In this document: positions 36,566 to 49,690 of the stretch, piece after piece | Layout: each line of letters starts with the position of its first letter | Numbering within the stretch: the first letter of the stretch is position 1 | Source of the DNA: Squalus acanthias | Lineage: Eukaryota | DNA: 64,000 nt | NCBI GenBank assembly: GCA_030390025.1 | Contig: CM059432.1 | Span: forward strand, 149,546,001-149,610,000 | Reading direction: 5' to 3' | Translations under genes and position numbers: made by a program | The notes under the pieces: model-generated | Told to the model about the DNA's origin: nothing | What the model saw: only the letters and a program-made list of their open reading frames with translations | The model's database searches: none

Positions 36566-37322
36566 ATCGGGCCAGAAATTCGGGTCTCCACGGGTGAGTA
36601 TGCGCTGTGTGCTCACCCGTAGACCCAACGAAAGTGCCGGTTTCGCGCATGCGCTGGAAACTGGAACTTCCGTTCCCTTGAAGGAAGGGGTTCAGAGGTC
36701 AAACGCGTGCGCCGGAGAGGCAGCGCGCACGCATCGGACTTCCGTTTTTTTTTCAGGTTTCTGTGTGAGGGTAAGTCCCCAGCAGCTGCGCGGGGAAAAA
36801 GCAGGCGCAAGGCCTGCTTTTAACAAGGTAAGTGGTGAATTAACTAAAATTAAAACATTTTTTCCACAGGTTTATTATTTTTAAATACTTTAAAGAAAGG
36901 TAAGTTTATTTTTAGCCCCGTTAAAAACAGTAATTAATTTTTTCAAAAATTTAAATTTCTGTTTAAAGTAGTTAATTTGTGTAATTTATAGTTATTTTAA
37001 AAATGTGATTTTTAAAAAATGTATTTGAAGTTTTAGTGAGGTTTTGGGGCCGATCTCTTTTCATAGATTGGACAGGTCTTCCTGTCAAATCTATGAATGG
37101 AGATTCCCTGCTCCGATTGGCTCTCCATGGCCCACGTGATCCTAGGTGACGCTTTGAACTAACTGCGCCCCTGGGATACGCGAGCACTGCGCGCCGGCAG
37201 CTGCAGGAGGCCCAGGATCGGAATCCCACACGGGCCCACAGCACAACGGCAGGCGCGCTAGGTAAGTGAAGGTCAGGGGCTTGCACCCGCGGGAAGCCTC
37301 CGACCCGAATTTCTGGCCCGAT
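36566..37322. mobile_element. MITE with perfect 21-bp terminal inverted repeats
   Basis: atcgggccagaaattcgggtc / gacccgaatttctggcccgat; AT-rich core; internal hairpin near 37060-37097. Confidence 0.85.
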
Positions 37323-37420
37323 GTGTTGGCACTCTTCCTTCGAAAGATAAGCTCTTGAAAATTCTGTGAGAACCGCAAGTCAACACCTGCAGATGTGAAA
37401 AACAATGACTCTCTTTGGAT

Positions 37421-37501
37421 ACAAAAAGAAAATACTGTAGATGCTGGAAATCGGAAATAAAAACAGAAAATGCTGGAGATACTCAGCAGGTCAGGCAGCA
37501 T
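37421..37501 (-). mobile_element. Solo Penelope pLTR fragment lacking the ribozyme
   Basis: Matches 2987-3070 in reverse; 12-bp TSD ctctctttggat at 37409-37420 and 37502-37513. Confidence 0.85.
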
Positions 37502-38027
37502 CTCTCTTTGGATGTCTGGCCTTGGTTAATTAACGTCATACCAGATAGGGAGAGGGAGAGAGAAAACAACATTTTCCACACAGTTTGGGACATGAATGCT
37601 GTGGGCCAGTTGCCAAGTTTTGGGTTACAGGTGCTATTGGACACTGACACTCGGGGCTGCGGTGGGGGCTATAGACGATGGTGACCTGGTCAGTTGCCAG
37701 TTAAAGTTAGTCTACGTCTGTCATCGTTTTGGCTTCCTTCTGTGCTGTATCATTCTATGATTCTACTTTGTGACTCATGAGTCTGAAAGGGAAGTGAGTT
37801 ATCCAGGCCAACATCATTTAGGGAGTTGGCATGGTGCTCCATTCTGAGATTGTTTTTCTGGATTCAAAGAGTTATCTTTATCTAAGAGTTAGAGAATGTG
37901 CACAAAGGGGCGATTTTTCCCAGATACTTTAGGTGCTAAATAGCCTTCGAGGTGGCCAAGATGGGGTCTTAAGCCGCAATGCTGGTTTAGCCTGCTTTTA
38001 GCGCAAGACGCCATCTTGGTAAAGGAG

Positions 38028-38507
38028 CATCGAAGCTTTGACCACGCCCGATCAGTTCCGATGGATGGGCCACATCGTCCGCATGGCCGATACGAGACTC
38101 CCAAAACAAGCGCTCTACTCAGAGCTCCGACACGGCAAAAGAGCCCCAGGTGGGCAGAGGAAATGCTTCAAGGACACCCTCAAAGCCTCCTTGAAAAAGT
38201 GCAACATCCCCACCGACACCTGGGAATCCCTGGCCCAATACCGCACAAAGTGGAGAAGAAGCATCCGGGAAGGCGGCGAACACCTCGAGTCTCTTCGCCG
38301 GGAGCAAGCGGAAGCCAAGCGCAAACAGCGCAAGGAGCGCACGTCAACCCAAGCACCCCACCCACCCGCCCCTTCAACCACCGTCTGCCCCACCTGTGAC
38401 AGAGACTGTCGGTCCCGCATTGGACTCATCAGTCACTCACCTGCAAACTCATTTTTAGTGTGGAAGCAAGTCATCCTCGGTTCCGAGGGACTGCCGAAGA
38501 AGAGAAG
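38028..38507 (+). mobile_element. 5'-truncated RTE-clade LINE
   Basis: ORF 38038..38532 RWMGHIVRM...RLPKQALYSEL...CPTCDRDC; same family as 25154-25834; aaaggag duplicated at the flanks. Confidence 0.9.
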
Positions 38508-38651
38508 AAAGGAGTTGAAGCGGACGCTATGAACGGCTGACCGGATGATTGTTAAGTGGCTGATTTACGATCAAATTGCCTGCTAGCGCTCATTAAAGAG
38601 GCGGCATGCCATTTTGATGGGTAACGCTTCATTTAATGACCTCTCCTAACC

Positions 38652-38790
38652 CAATGTTCCCTTTAATTTATTTTTGGGTGTGAGGCCCCTTTAAGGGGCT
38701 GCGTGACCCATTCACAATACTGTGCATGCACGTTTTTTTCTATTTAAAAGTCGGTGAGCCGTCTGCGCGGGAGCATTAAAGGGAACATTG
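38652..38790. mobile_element. Small hAT-like MITE
   Basis: TIR caatgttccctttaat / attaaagggaacattg; 8-bp ctcctaac at 38643-38650 and 38791-38798; related copy at about 54212-54347. Confidence 0.75.
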
Positions 38791-39664
38791 CTCCTAACAG
38801 TCACCAGCTGAACAGGAGTAAACACGTCGTTGCTGAGAATTTCGAGCGCTATTTAAAGCCATGCTCAGCTTTCACTGTCCACTTGCTGATTGAGATCGAC
38901 TGACTACACTGCCTTTGAGACACATTGGAAGACCTTTTGGGACACTTTGCCAAGACTTCACCAACACTCTATCAACATTTTTCCCTGGAAATTCTCTCAG
39001 GACTTCACCTAAAGAGAGTGAGTGCTTCTCTACTTTATTGGACACCTCATAGGAGTCACCAGGAGAAAGGGAGTGCTTGGCCATGGGCGTCCTGCTAGGG
39101 GTCACCTTGTCTCTGCAGGAGGAGATGAGGCCGGGCAGAGCAATGCCAGCTGCTGCAGGAGAGAGGGACAGAAGGGACAGGAGGATTCTCAGCAGGAGGC
39201 CCTATCCATCCAAGGTCTTCATAGAGCACTACTCCTACATTCACATGACCAAAGACCAGTGCATGAGGAGACTGCTCTTTACCAAGGAGGTCGTTACAGA
39301 GAACTGTGGCCTTGTGGAGCAGTCAGGACTGAATTGCATGTGGCAGTCAAGGTCACAGTAGCGCTTTATTTTTAGGCAGACACAGGTGATATAAGTCACA
39401 TCTCACAATCCTCTGTGCAATTCTGCATTAGGGAGGCCTCTGCGGCTCTATACGCTTGACGAATGACTATATTTCATTCCCTATTGCCAGAGAAGACCAG
39501 AGGCAGAGAGCTCTAGGATTCGACAGGATTGTGGGATTCCCCATGGTCCAGGGAGCCATTGACTGTACACATGTGGCCATGTGAGCCCCAGATTTAAACT
39601 CGGAGGTGTTCAGGAACAGGAAGGGATTCCATTCCCTCAACGTACAGCTTGTCTGCGGCCACCA

Positions 39665-40470
39665 GGTGATGTTATGGAGGTGGAAGTAGGCAGTCTTGGT
39701 GATGGAGCAAATATGTGGTCGGAAACTCAGCTCAGGGTCAAACACAACGCCAAGGTTGAGAACGGTCCGGCTCAGCTTCAGACAGTTTCCAGAGATGGAA
39801 ACGGTTGTCAGGGAACGGAGTTTGTGGTGGGGACCAAAGACAATGGCTTCAGTCTTCCCAATATTTGGTTGGAGGAAATTTCTGCTCCTCCAGAACTGAT
39901 GTCGGTCAAGCAGTGTGACAAATCAGTGAAAATGGAGGGGTCCAGAGCGGTGGTGGTGAGATAGAGCTGAGTGCCGACGGTGTGGAACCTGATGTTGTGT
40001 TTTCGGATGATATTGCCGAGGGGTAGCATGTAGATGAGAAATAGAAGGGGCCAAGGTGGGAGCAGGAAGAGAAGCCGTTGGAGGTGATTCTCTGGCTACG
40101 ACTGGATCGATAAGAATGGAACCAGGCGAGGGCAGTCCCACCCAGCTGGACGACGGAGGAGAGGCGTTGGAGGAGGATGGTGTGGTCAACTGTGTCGAAG
40201 GCTGCAGATAGTTCGAGAAGTATGAGGAGGAATCATTTATCACGGTCACAGTCACAAAGAATATAATTTGTGACTTTGATAAGGGCCGTTTCAGTTCTGT
40301 GGGCGGGCCGGAAACCTGATTGGAAGAACTCAGACATGGAATTGTGAGAAAGATGGGCACGGATTTGAGAGGTGACAGCACGTTCAATGACTTTGGAGAG
40401 GAAAGGGATGTTGGAGATGGGGCAGTAGTTTGCAAGGACAGGTCGAGTCAAGGGTGGGTTTTTGAGGAGA
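39665..40470 (-). mobile_element. L2 LINE internal (RT) fragment
   Basis: NY.PISNIPFLSKVIE, QSGFRPAH.TETAL.KV and FDPELSFRPHI. Confidence 0.88.
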
Positions 40471-41169
40471 GACTTCCCCCCTCCCCCCCCCCCAGGCTGA
40501 AGAGACCCCCCAAAATAAGTGAAAAACTGTCCTTTGTGGGGCCAGGAGGAGCTTCTGTGGGAAATTCATGGCCTCCCCTGCTCCAGACTCCCCCTCATCC
40601 CCTCCTGCAAGACCCTCCCAAAAGCCCCACCCCACAACTTACCCGCTTGCCGGCAGGCCTTTCCTCTGTTGCCGGCTGATTTCCTCTAGCCCACGATTGG
40701 CCTCCTCCCAGCTGCCGACCAGCTGCCATTTTATAACTTTCCACCAGTTTCGGGGGGGGGGAAGCTGACAAACAGCAGGCGGATGTGTTACAATACTCAG
40801 GGCCTCAACCGTACGTCAGTGAGTGCGTTCTGCACTCTCCTCTCCCCAAGCTCACTTGAAACCCACCTGGGGTTAAAATCGACCCTCCTGTGATTCACGG
40901 TTCCAGTCGGGGACTCGCGACAGCTGTGAGGAACGTGTGTGTGAGAGATTGGGGGAAAATATGAAGATACTTCTGATCTTCTCAGCTCACATGTATACAG
41001 TTCCTTTAGGTTGGCCTCCAAGCATTACTTTTCCTCTTTTGCCCCCTGCTGCTGGATGAGGAGGACTGTCAATAATACCAAGTGATCTGAACTGTGCCAG
41101 TTTGGGTGACGTCAGCAGATACCTGAACCGCTGGATGTGCATGGCCCGCTAAAATAAAATCTGGGGCTA

Positions 41170-41765
41170 ACATAGAATCATAGAAATTTACGGCACAGAA
41201 GGAGGTCATTCGGCCCATCATGTCTTTGCTGTCTGAAAATCGCCCCTCCCTATCTCTCTAATCTCCTCCAGCCCCACAACCCCCCGAGATATCTGTGCTC
41301 CTCTAATTCTGCCCTCTTGAGGATCCCTGATTATAATCGCTCAACCATTGGTGGCCGTGTCTTCTGTTGCCTAGGCCCCAAGCTCTGGAATTCCCTCCCT
41401 AAACCTCTCCGCCTCGCTACCTCTCTCTCCTCCTTTAAGATGCGCCTTAAAACTTACCTCTTTGACCAAGCTTTTGGTCACCTGCCCTAATTTATCCTTA
41501 TGTGGATCGGTGTCAAATTTTTTGTCTTAAAATACTCCTGTTCAGCGCCTTGGGACGTTTTACTACGTTAAAGGCGCTATATAAATACAAGTTGTTATTG
41601 TTGTTGAAAAAGAGCTATCCAGCCTTAATCCCACGCTCCAGCTCTTGGTCCGCAGCCTTGTAGGTTACAACACCTCAAATGCACATCCAAGCACTTTTTA
41701 AATGCGATGTGGGTTTCTGCCTCTACTACCCTTTCAGGCAGCGAGTTCCAGATCCCCACCACCCT
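41170..41765 (-). mobile_element. CR1 3' tail interrupted by a plus-strand L2 3' fragment (about 41241-41605)
   Basis: catagaatcataga tail; L2 PKLWNSLP...LKTYLF and (ttg)n tail; tgaaaa duplicated at the junctions. Confidence 0.8.
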
Positions 41766-42252
41766 TAACATTCTGCCTTCAACGATGCTTTGACCAATTT
41801 TCCGGAATGCAAATCTCAGCTGGAGGTGAAAATTTACCCATATTGTCTTTTGGAGCCCTCTTGAGTTCACTAAAGGCCATTCTGTGGGGACACTCGGGCA
41901 ACTACCACCACAACTGTGGCTAAACTGGTCCATCCTCTGGAGAATCACTCTGTGGTTTCATCAAGTTCGGGAGCGGGCTTACTCTGGGTAGCTTAAAGTG
42001 GAGAAATACACTTGATAGGCTGAATGGCCTGTTTCTCTACCGGAGCATTCTCTGGGGCCAATTCTCCTGACCCTTGCCCCTGGGGCTTTCCTAGGTATGG
42101 GGACTGAGGCGTGGTGGTGCTTGGCCTGTGACTGCAGTAGGTGCAGACCCGGCAGAACCAGTGAAATGAGGTGAGATGGGGCGCTCTTGCCTTCCGGCTT
42201 CATTTTCTGACTGTTGGGAAGCTCAGCGCAGGGGCATCCTGCGTAATCAGAC

Positions 42253-42680
42253 AAGAACATAAGAACTAAGACGTAGGAGCAGGAGTCGGTCATTCGGCCC
42301 CTCGAGCCTGCTCCGCCATTCAATAAGATCATGGCTGATCTGATCTTGGCCTCAACTCCACTTCCCCACCCGCTCCCCATAACCCTTGACTCCCTTACCT
42401 TTCAAAAATCTGTCTATCTCCACCTTGAATATATTCAATGACCCAGCCTCCACAGCTCTCTGGGGAAGAGAATTCCAAAGATTCACGACCCTCTGAGAGA
42501 AGAAATTCCTCCTCATCTCAGTTTTAAATGGGTGCCCCTTATTCTGAAATTATGCCCCCTAGTTCTAGATTCCCCCACAAGGGGAAACATCCTCTCTGCA
42601 TCTACCCTGTCGAGCCCATTCAGAATCTTATATGTTTCAATAAGATCCCCTCTCATTCTTCTAAACTCCAATGAGTATAA
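42253..42680 (-). mobile_element. CR1 3' fragment
   Basis: YSLEFRRMRGDLIETYKIL; CR1 tail. An L2 3' fragment follows at about 42690-42830. Confidence 0.9.
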
Positions 42681-43849
42681 GAATTGATAACGAGCCAAAG
42701 AATGGAGACACTGGGACAGGTGACCAAAAGCTTGGTCAAAAAGGTAGGTTTTAAGGAAGCGTCTTAAAGGAGAGAGAGGTGGAGAGGTTTAAGGAGGGAA
42801 TTCCAGAGCTTAGGGCCTAAATAGCTGTCAACCATTTAACAGTAGAGAGCTTAAATACTGTTAGATAATCCTCTGTGCTTGGTAGCCCGTGCTGTGCTCC
42901 CCGGGATCATTTCTGATTGATAGAAACCATTAAATTTGCTGCCTTGTACAGATAATGCTTGATGAGATGATGGTGCTGAAATCATTACTTTAAAATCTAT
43001 CACATTTATCTAAAGCTACCGAACCAGAAATCTATAACAATAGGCACTTTTATTCCTGGTTGGATGAAATGAAACTAGACTATGTACACCTAGAAAGAGT
43101 ATTAGTCATACACCTCCCATTCTTGTCTGAATGTCAGTAAAACCTGTCGTTCATTGAACCTGCATCAAGCTCCATGTAGATGAATTGAAACTTGTGTGGG
43201 GCGGGGGAGGGGCGTACCGTGTCTAGCAGCCATTCTTCTATGTCAATGTAATATATCATTCTCCAGTTTTCTGTGCATTACGTCCAGTGAGTTGCAGATG
43301 TCAATTGGGTCAATTTCATGATGTACAAATTTGCTTCAGTGGATAATGGGAATTAAGGGTTATACTTTGCTCTTTTCATCAATTAATTGTCAATTACCTA
43401 TCCATCATCGGAATGAATGAACCAGAATCAAGATGGTGGCTGTGATCAATCTTTGCTTCCAAAGTTTTAATGCAATCTGAGTCATTAACATTAGTGAAAG
43501 AAAACCAGCCAATCAGGACCCACCCTTAATAACCGTGCCTTCTCATTTCTCAAGCCCCTCGATGGGCGTACACTCGGCCAACAGAAGAAATCACACTCAC
43601 GTTTCATCGAAATGAGCCAACAAAGATTGTGCACATCAATAATCTGACTCAATAATCTGCCATTGCTCACCCAAATGCCACAGCAATTATATAACCCTCT
43701 GTACAAGGCAACAATTTAATGGTTCCCATTATTCAGAAATGATCCCAGGGGCGCACAGCACAGGCTGCCGAGCACAAAGGATTATACAAGAGTATGGGGT
43801 GCCTATTGGCAGCCCAACCCAATCCAACCAATGCTGGAATCTTACATAC

Positions 43850-44645
43850 ACAAATAAGAAAACAGGAAGGCAGATTATTATCTGAATGGCAATAGATTGG
43901 GAGAAGGGGAAGTGCAACGAGACCTGGGTGTCCTTGTGCACCAGTCGCTGAAGGTAAGCATGCAGGTGCAGCAGGCGGTTAAGAAGGCAAATGGTATGTT
44001 GGCCTTCATAGCGAGAGGGTTTGAATACAGGAACAGGGATGTCCTGCTGCAGTTGTACAGGGCCTTGGTGAGACCACACCTTGAGTACTGTGTGCAGTTT
44101 TGGTCGCCTTATCTGAGGAAGGATGTTCTTGCCATGGAAGGAATTCAGCGAAGATTCACAAGGCTGATACCTGGGATGGCAGGAACGACATATGAGGAGA
44201 GATTGGGTCGATTGGGCTTATACTCGCTGGAGTATAGAAGAATGAGAGGGGATCTCATCGAAACATATAAAATTCTGACAGGTCTGGACAAACTAGATGC
44301 AGGAAGAATGTTCCCGATGGTCGGAGAGTCCAGAACCAGGGGTCATAATCTAAGGATAAGGGGTAAGCCATTTAGGACAGAAATGAGGAAGAATTTCTTC
44401 ACCCAGAGAGTGGTGAACCTGTGGAATTCTCTACCACAGAAGGTAGTTGAGGCCAAGTCATTAAATATATTCAAGAATGAGTTAGATATATTTCTTAAAG
44501 CTAAAGGTATCAAGGGATATGGAGAGAAGGCAGGTACAGGGTACTGAGTTTGGATGATCAGCCATGATCTCATCGAATGGCGGAGCAGGCTCGAGGGGCC
44601 GAATGGCCGACTCCTGCTCCTATCTTCTATGTTTCTATGTTTCTA
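43850..44645 (+). mobile_element. Young 5'-truncated CR1
   Basis: Uninterrupted 216-aa ORF 43897..44547 (RDLGV...LVRPHLEYCVQFWSP...); (tatgtttc)n tail. Confidence 0.95.
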
Positions 44646-44827
44646 TTGGTCCACCACGTTGATATATTGATATATATATAAAATGTCGTACGTGTCAGTC
44701 GTGTAAAGATACTTGTTGATCTCCCGTGGCAAAGTTCTGAAATTGCTCATTTTTGCCAAATTCTGTTCATCAAAGAAATATGCAAGTCTTGAAGCCGTAA
44801 TCCCAAACACATTATGCATTAGATACA

Positions 44828-45510
44828 ATAGTGTAGTGGCCTGTGTTACTGGGCTAATAATCCAGAAAACATGAGTTCAAATCCTAGCGTGGAAGTTTAA
44901 GAATTTAAATTCAGTTAAAAAGAAATCTGGAAATAGAAAGCTGGTGTCAGTAAAAGTGTTAGATTGTTGTAATAGGCCATCTGGTTCACTAATGCTATAG
45001 GAACGGTAGCATAGTGGTTATGTTACTGGACTAGTGATCCCGAAGGCCTAATGATCTCAGAGATGTGAGTTCAAATACCCACCACGGCAGCTGGGGAATT
45101 TAAATTCAGTTAATTAATAAATCTGGAATAAAAAGCTAGTATCAGTAACGGTGACCATGAAACTACTGGATTGTCGTAAAAACCCATCTGGTTCACTAAT
45201 GTCCTTTAGGGAAGGAAATCTGCCGTCCTTACCCGGTCTGGCCGATATGTGACTCCAGATCCACAGCAATGTGGTTGACTCTTAACTGCCCTCTGAAATG
45301 GCGGCTCACCCCCTCCTTCTCATTGGCAATAAATGCTGGCCTTGCCAGTGACACCCACATCCCAGGAACGAATAAAAAAAAAATGCTCTTTAGGGAAAGA
45401 AGAGGGCTGTCTGTACCTGGTCTGGCCTGTATGCAGCTCCACTCCAACACCAACGTGATTCACTCTGAACGGCCTTCTGAAGTAGTGTAGCCTAGTTTTC
45501 CTCAGTTGCA
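44828..45510 (+). mobile_element. tRNA-derived SINE (about 45005-45381) nested in an older copy of the same family
   Basis: A box tagcatagtgg, B box gagttcaaat, poly-A end; TSD aatgct at 44991-44996 and 45382-45387; the older copy continues across the insertion. Confidence 0.75.
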
Positions 45511-46468
45511 CTGAAGTGTAAAATAGTAGTGTCTCAGGGTGAAGTTATATTGCAACTGCAGACTTGGCACTTGCCCCTGTACTTACATTGAATGTTAATA
45601 TTCTCCAAAATATTCGCTTGCTGTGGCCACGGTCACTCGTCAAATTACACAAACCCAGGTTTATTTAGTTAAATTATTATTTCTATTTTCCCCCTCCTTG
45701 CCTGAAGGTGCTCTCCCTTCATGGGACGTGCCCCATGATGAGTCACCTTCACCAAAATCAACCTTTCTACCTGTGTGAGTCTGGACAGTGGCAACATTCG
45801 AACATAATAGGAGCAGGAGTCGGCCATTCGGCCCCTCGAGCCTGCTCCGCCATTCAATAAGATCATGGCTGATCTGATCTTGGCCTCAACTCCACTTTTC
45901 TGCCCGCTCCCCAAAACCCTTGATTGCCCTGTTTTTCAAAAATCTGTCTATCTCGACAGGGCTTGATGGCCGGCGCGGACACGATGGGCCGAAGGGCCTC
46001 TTTCTGTGCTGTATAACTCTATGACTCTATGACTCCGCCTTGAATATATTCAATGACTCTGCCTCCACAGCTCTCTGGGGTAGAGAATTCCAAAGATTCA
46101 CGACCCTCTGAGAGAAGAAATTCCTCCTCATCTCCGCTTTAAATGGGCGACCCCTTATTCTGATATTATGCCCCCTAGTTCTAGATTCCCCCACGAGGGG
46201 AAACATCTTCTCAGCATCTACCCTGTCGAGCCCCCTCACAATCTTATATGTTTCAATAACATCACCTATCATTCTTCTAAACTCCCATGAGTATAGGCCC
46301 AACCTGCTCAACCTTTCCTCATAAGACAACCCCTTCAACTTAGGAATCAACCTCGTGAACCTTCTCTGAACTGCCTCCAATGCAAGTATATCCTTCCTTA
46401 AATAAGGAGACCAAAACTGTACGCAGTCCTCCAACACCCTGTACAGTTGTAGCAAGGCTTCCCTACTT

Positions 46469-47203
46469 TTGCAGAGCTCTGAGATGCAGAGGGATCTGGG
46501 TGTCCTCGTGCATGAATCGCAAAAGGTTAGTATGCAGGTACAGCAAGTAATTAGGAAAGATAATAGAATGTTATCGTTTATTGCGAGAGGAGTTGAATAC
46601 AAAAGTAGGGAGGTTATGCTTCAGTTATACAGGGCATTAGTGAGACCACATCTGGAGTACTGTGTACAGTATTGGTCTCCTTATTTAAGGAAGGATGTAA
46701 ATGCGTTGGAAGCAGTTCAGAGAAGGTTTACTAGACTAATACCTGGAATGGGCGGGTTGTCTTATGAGGAAAGGTTGGACAGGCTAGGCTTGTATCCGCT
46801 GGAGTTTAGAAGAGTAAGAGGTGACTTGGTTGAAACATATAAGATCCTGAGGGGTCTGGACAGGGTGGATGTGGAGAGGATGTTTCCTCTTGTGGGAGAA
46901 TCTAGAACGAGGGGTCACTGTTTACAAATAAGGGGTCGCCCATTTAAGACAGAGATGAGGAGAAACTTTTTCTCACAGAGGGTCGTGAGTCTTTGGAACT
47001 CTCTTCCTCAGAGGGCGGTGGAAGCAGAGTCTTTGAATATTTTTAAGGCAGAGGTAGATAGATTCTTGATAAGCAAGGGGGTGAAAGGTTATTGGGGGTA
47101 GGCGGGAATGTGGAGTAATCAGATCAGCCATGATCTTATTGAATGGCGGAGCAGGCTCGAGGGGCTGAGTGGCCTACTCCTGCTCCTAATTTGTATGTTC
47201 GTA
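46469..47203 (+). mobile_element. Young 5'-truncated CR1
   Basis: Uninterrupted 210-aa CR1 C-terminal ORF 46469..47101 plus 3' UTR. Confidence 0.93.
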
Positions 47204-47470
47204 TACTCCATCCCCCTTTGCAATAAAGGCCAATATTCCATTTGCCTTCCTAATTACTTGCTGTACCTGCATGCTAACTTTTTGTGTTTCATGCACGAGG
47301 ACACCCAGATGCCTCTGTACTGCAGCATTCTGTAGTCTCTCTCCATTTAAATAATATTTTGCTTCTTTATTCTTCCTACCAAAGTGGATAACCTCACATT
47401 TTCCCACATTATTCTCCATCTGCCAAATTTTTGCCCACTCACTTAACCTATCTATATCCTTTTGCAGAAA

Positions 47471-48090
47471 GGGCTGGATTTTGATACTGGGGCGGATTGG
47501 GGTCGTGTCATCCACTTTTCGTGTTATCCACCCGACTGCAATTGGATGTGGGAGATTGATGCAATTTTCACCTAATTGGGCAATTGAGTTCCAGCATGTG
47601 GGAACTCATGAACCAATTAATGTTTTCAGTCTGAAAGTCACCTCTGATGATGTCATCATTGCTGCTGCATTGAAGGTCTTCAGAGACTGCCTGGCCTTTG
47701 CTGTGAGAGGACCTGGATGCAAAATGAGCAGCAGCAGCCCTAAGTCTGCTCCCACATATTTTTACACCACCACTCAGAGAGAGAGAGAGAGATCTCCCGC
47801 CAGGTTTCACAATCGTGGTTCAGAACAGGCGTGCTTCACGTAGAACAAGGGTTAAAATCACAAAGGCCTTTCAAAATGGCATTATAGAGCCAATTTAGTG
47901 CTTGTTAAGGGCCTTAACAGCCTATCCCATCTCTTAAAGGCGGGACGCAGTCGGGACCAGCAGACACGATTTCATGAAAATTGCGTGGAGGTGGGATGGA
48001 GGCGGACTTGTGCCCACCCGCCAATTTTCGCAATTTTAACCCCCCACACGCCTCCAAACCCACCTCCACGGGTCAATGAAAATCCAGCCC
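47471..48090. mobile_element. Harbinger-like MITE (family of 8045-8789)
   Basis: Same TIR and internal sequence as 8045-8789. Confidence 0.87.
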
Positions 48091-49077
48091 TTTGTGTCCT
48101 CCTCACAACTTGCTTTCCCACCTATCTTTGTATCGTCAGCAAATTTGGCTACAATGCACTCGGTCCCTTCATCCAAGTCATTAATATAGATTGTAAATAG
48201 TTGAGGCCCCAGCACTGATCCCTGTGGCAAACAGGCTATTCTCTATTGGGGGCATCAGATCCAAGCCTGACCATCCTCAACCTTGTGTACACACCGGCAC
48301 ATTCAGCCGGATAGTGATCAGGAGTTGGAAGCCTGTTTGATAGGCCCTTCTTTGACAGGCACTGAGATCAATTGTATGTCTTCCCTGATCCTGGCAATAA
48401 TCAACTAAGTTGACACAGAGAACAGGATCTTCCTGGCTCCCATGGTTCAGCTGCTAGCCTTTACTAGTTGATCCATCAGGGGAGCTCCCTGCGATTATTT
48501 TTAAACCTATTTGAGGCTTTCCCCCTACCCCCTCCCCAAGATTGTATGTCCATAACTTTTTTCCAGTTTAGAATTTCTAAAATTCAATAAAGTGACCATT
48601 ATTAACTTAGGTTGGAAATTTAATTTACTGGTCTTGAAATTCACTGCTTCTGAATTCACGCCCCCACCCCGCCCCGCGACAATGGCCATGTTTGGGCTGC
48701 GGTGGGGGGAAGCTCCTCCCCCAACAGGCTGTTGTCGATATTTTGAGGCAAGTCTGGGACTTGGAGTATTGGGGGTTTTGGGGCAATTGTCTTAGGAGAT
48801 GACACTATTCAAAATAGTTTAACAAAAGGTTGTTCTTCTGCTGTGAAGCAATAAATTCACAACCAGTTTAAAGAAAGATAGAATTTTCATTTATATAGTC
48901 AGCCTGGTTTATGCACTCAAGTCCCTGGAGTGGGGCTTGAACCCACAACCTTCTGATTAAGGAGTGCTACTGAGCCACCTGTCAGAATGATTGGCAACAG
49001 TGAATCGATGGCCAGAAATTTCTGTGGGCCACGAATTGGGCATACTGATCTCTATGCCCAACTGCTCCAGATACATT

Positions 49078-49170
49078 CTGACGAAAGGTCATCGACCTGA
49101 AACGTTTACTCTCTTTCTCTCTCCACGGATGCTGCCTGGCCTGCTGAGTTTTTCCAGCGTTTTCTGTTGT
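49078..49170 (+). mobile_element. Solo Penelope pLTR starting at an intact family-A hammerhead core
   Basis: CTGACGA-A-AGGTC-ATC-GACCT-GAAACGTT at 49078-49106; 17-bp TSD tgctccagatacattct at 49063-49079 and 49171-49187. Confidence 0.88.
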
Positions 49171-49690
49171 TGCTCCAGATACATTCTCGCCAGGTGAAGC
49201 TCTGTACGTGGAACACTAAATTATAAAATTTATCCCAATAAATTCAGTAGATAAACTGCAAGATTTTGACAGACATCTAGTGGCCTTGATGTTACAGATG
49301 TGATACTAGGCTGTGGAATACAGATGGGATGCTGGTGTATGAATTTACAGATGGGGATACTAGTCTACTAAAGTAAGACTTCCCAAGTAGTACCATTTAC
49401 GAGTTAGATGGCGCATATGCAAGCCACACAATATTGTCTGCCAACCTGCCCCACAGCAATTCCTCGGACAATCGGCCAGATCTTCCTAGAAAAATAATAG
49501 CGGCATTATTAATCCGCAAATAGGCTAGCAAGTTCCAGGGATGAAGAGATATGGCATGAGTTGCAAATCTCAAGAACTTGCTGGTCAATTTACACTGCTC
49601 TGCCATTTGCTTCGCACAAACGCCATCTCACTCTTAGCATTCCTGTTATTTTGAATAACTTACTGGATTTGTATATTAATTGCCGATTAA

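Larger units (their letters stand above)
37907..40885 (+). mobile_element. Degenerate PIF/Harbinger transposon (transposase remnant about 39083-39665) hosting RTE, hAT-like MITE and L2 insertions
   Basis: Ends ggggcgattttt / aaaatcgaccc; MGVLLGVTLSLQEE...RRPY, VAVKVTVAL, GFPMVQGAIDCTHVA, FRNRKGFHSLNVQLVC. Confidence 0.75.
45795..48230 (-). mobile_element. CR1 hosting a CR1 tail (about 45955-46035), an antisense CR1 (46469-47203) and a MITE (47471-48090)
   Basis: PQGSVLGPQLFTIYINDLD...KFADDTK (48036..48230), LQKDIDRL..W (47186..47515), QRRFTRLIP (46027..46468). Confidence 0.88.

Noticed and set aside
44713..44762. Possible minus-strand mini-exon
   Set aside because: Weak splice signals and no recognisable peptide.
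46027..47203. Twin-priming inversion of a single CR1
   Set aside because: The minus-strand CR1 resumes after the tail of the plus-strand copy, so this is a nested insertion.
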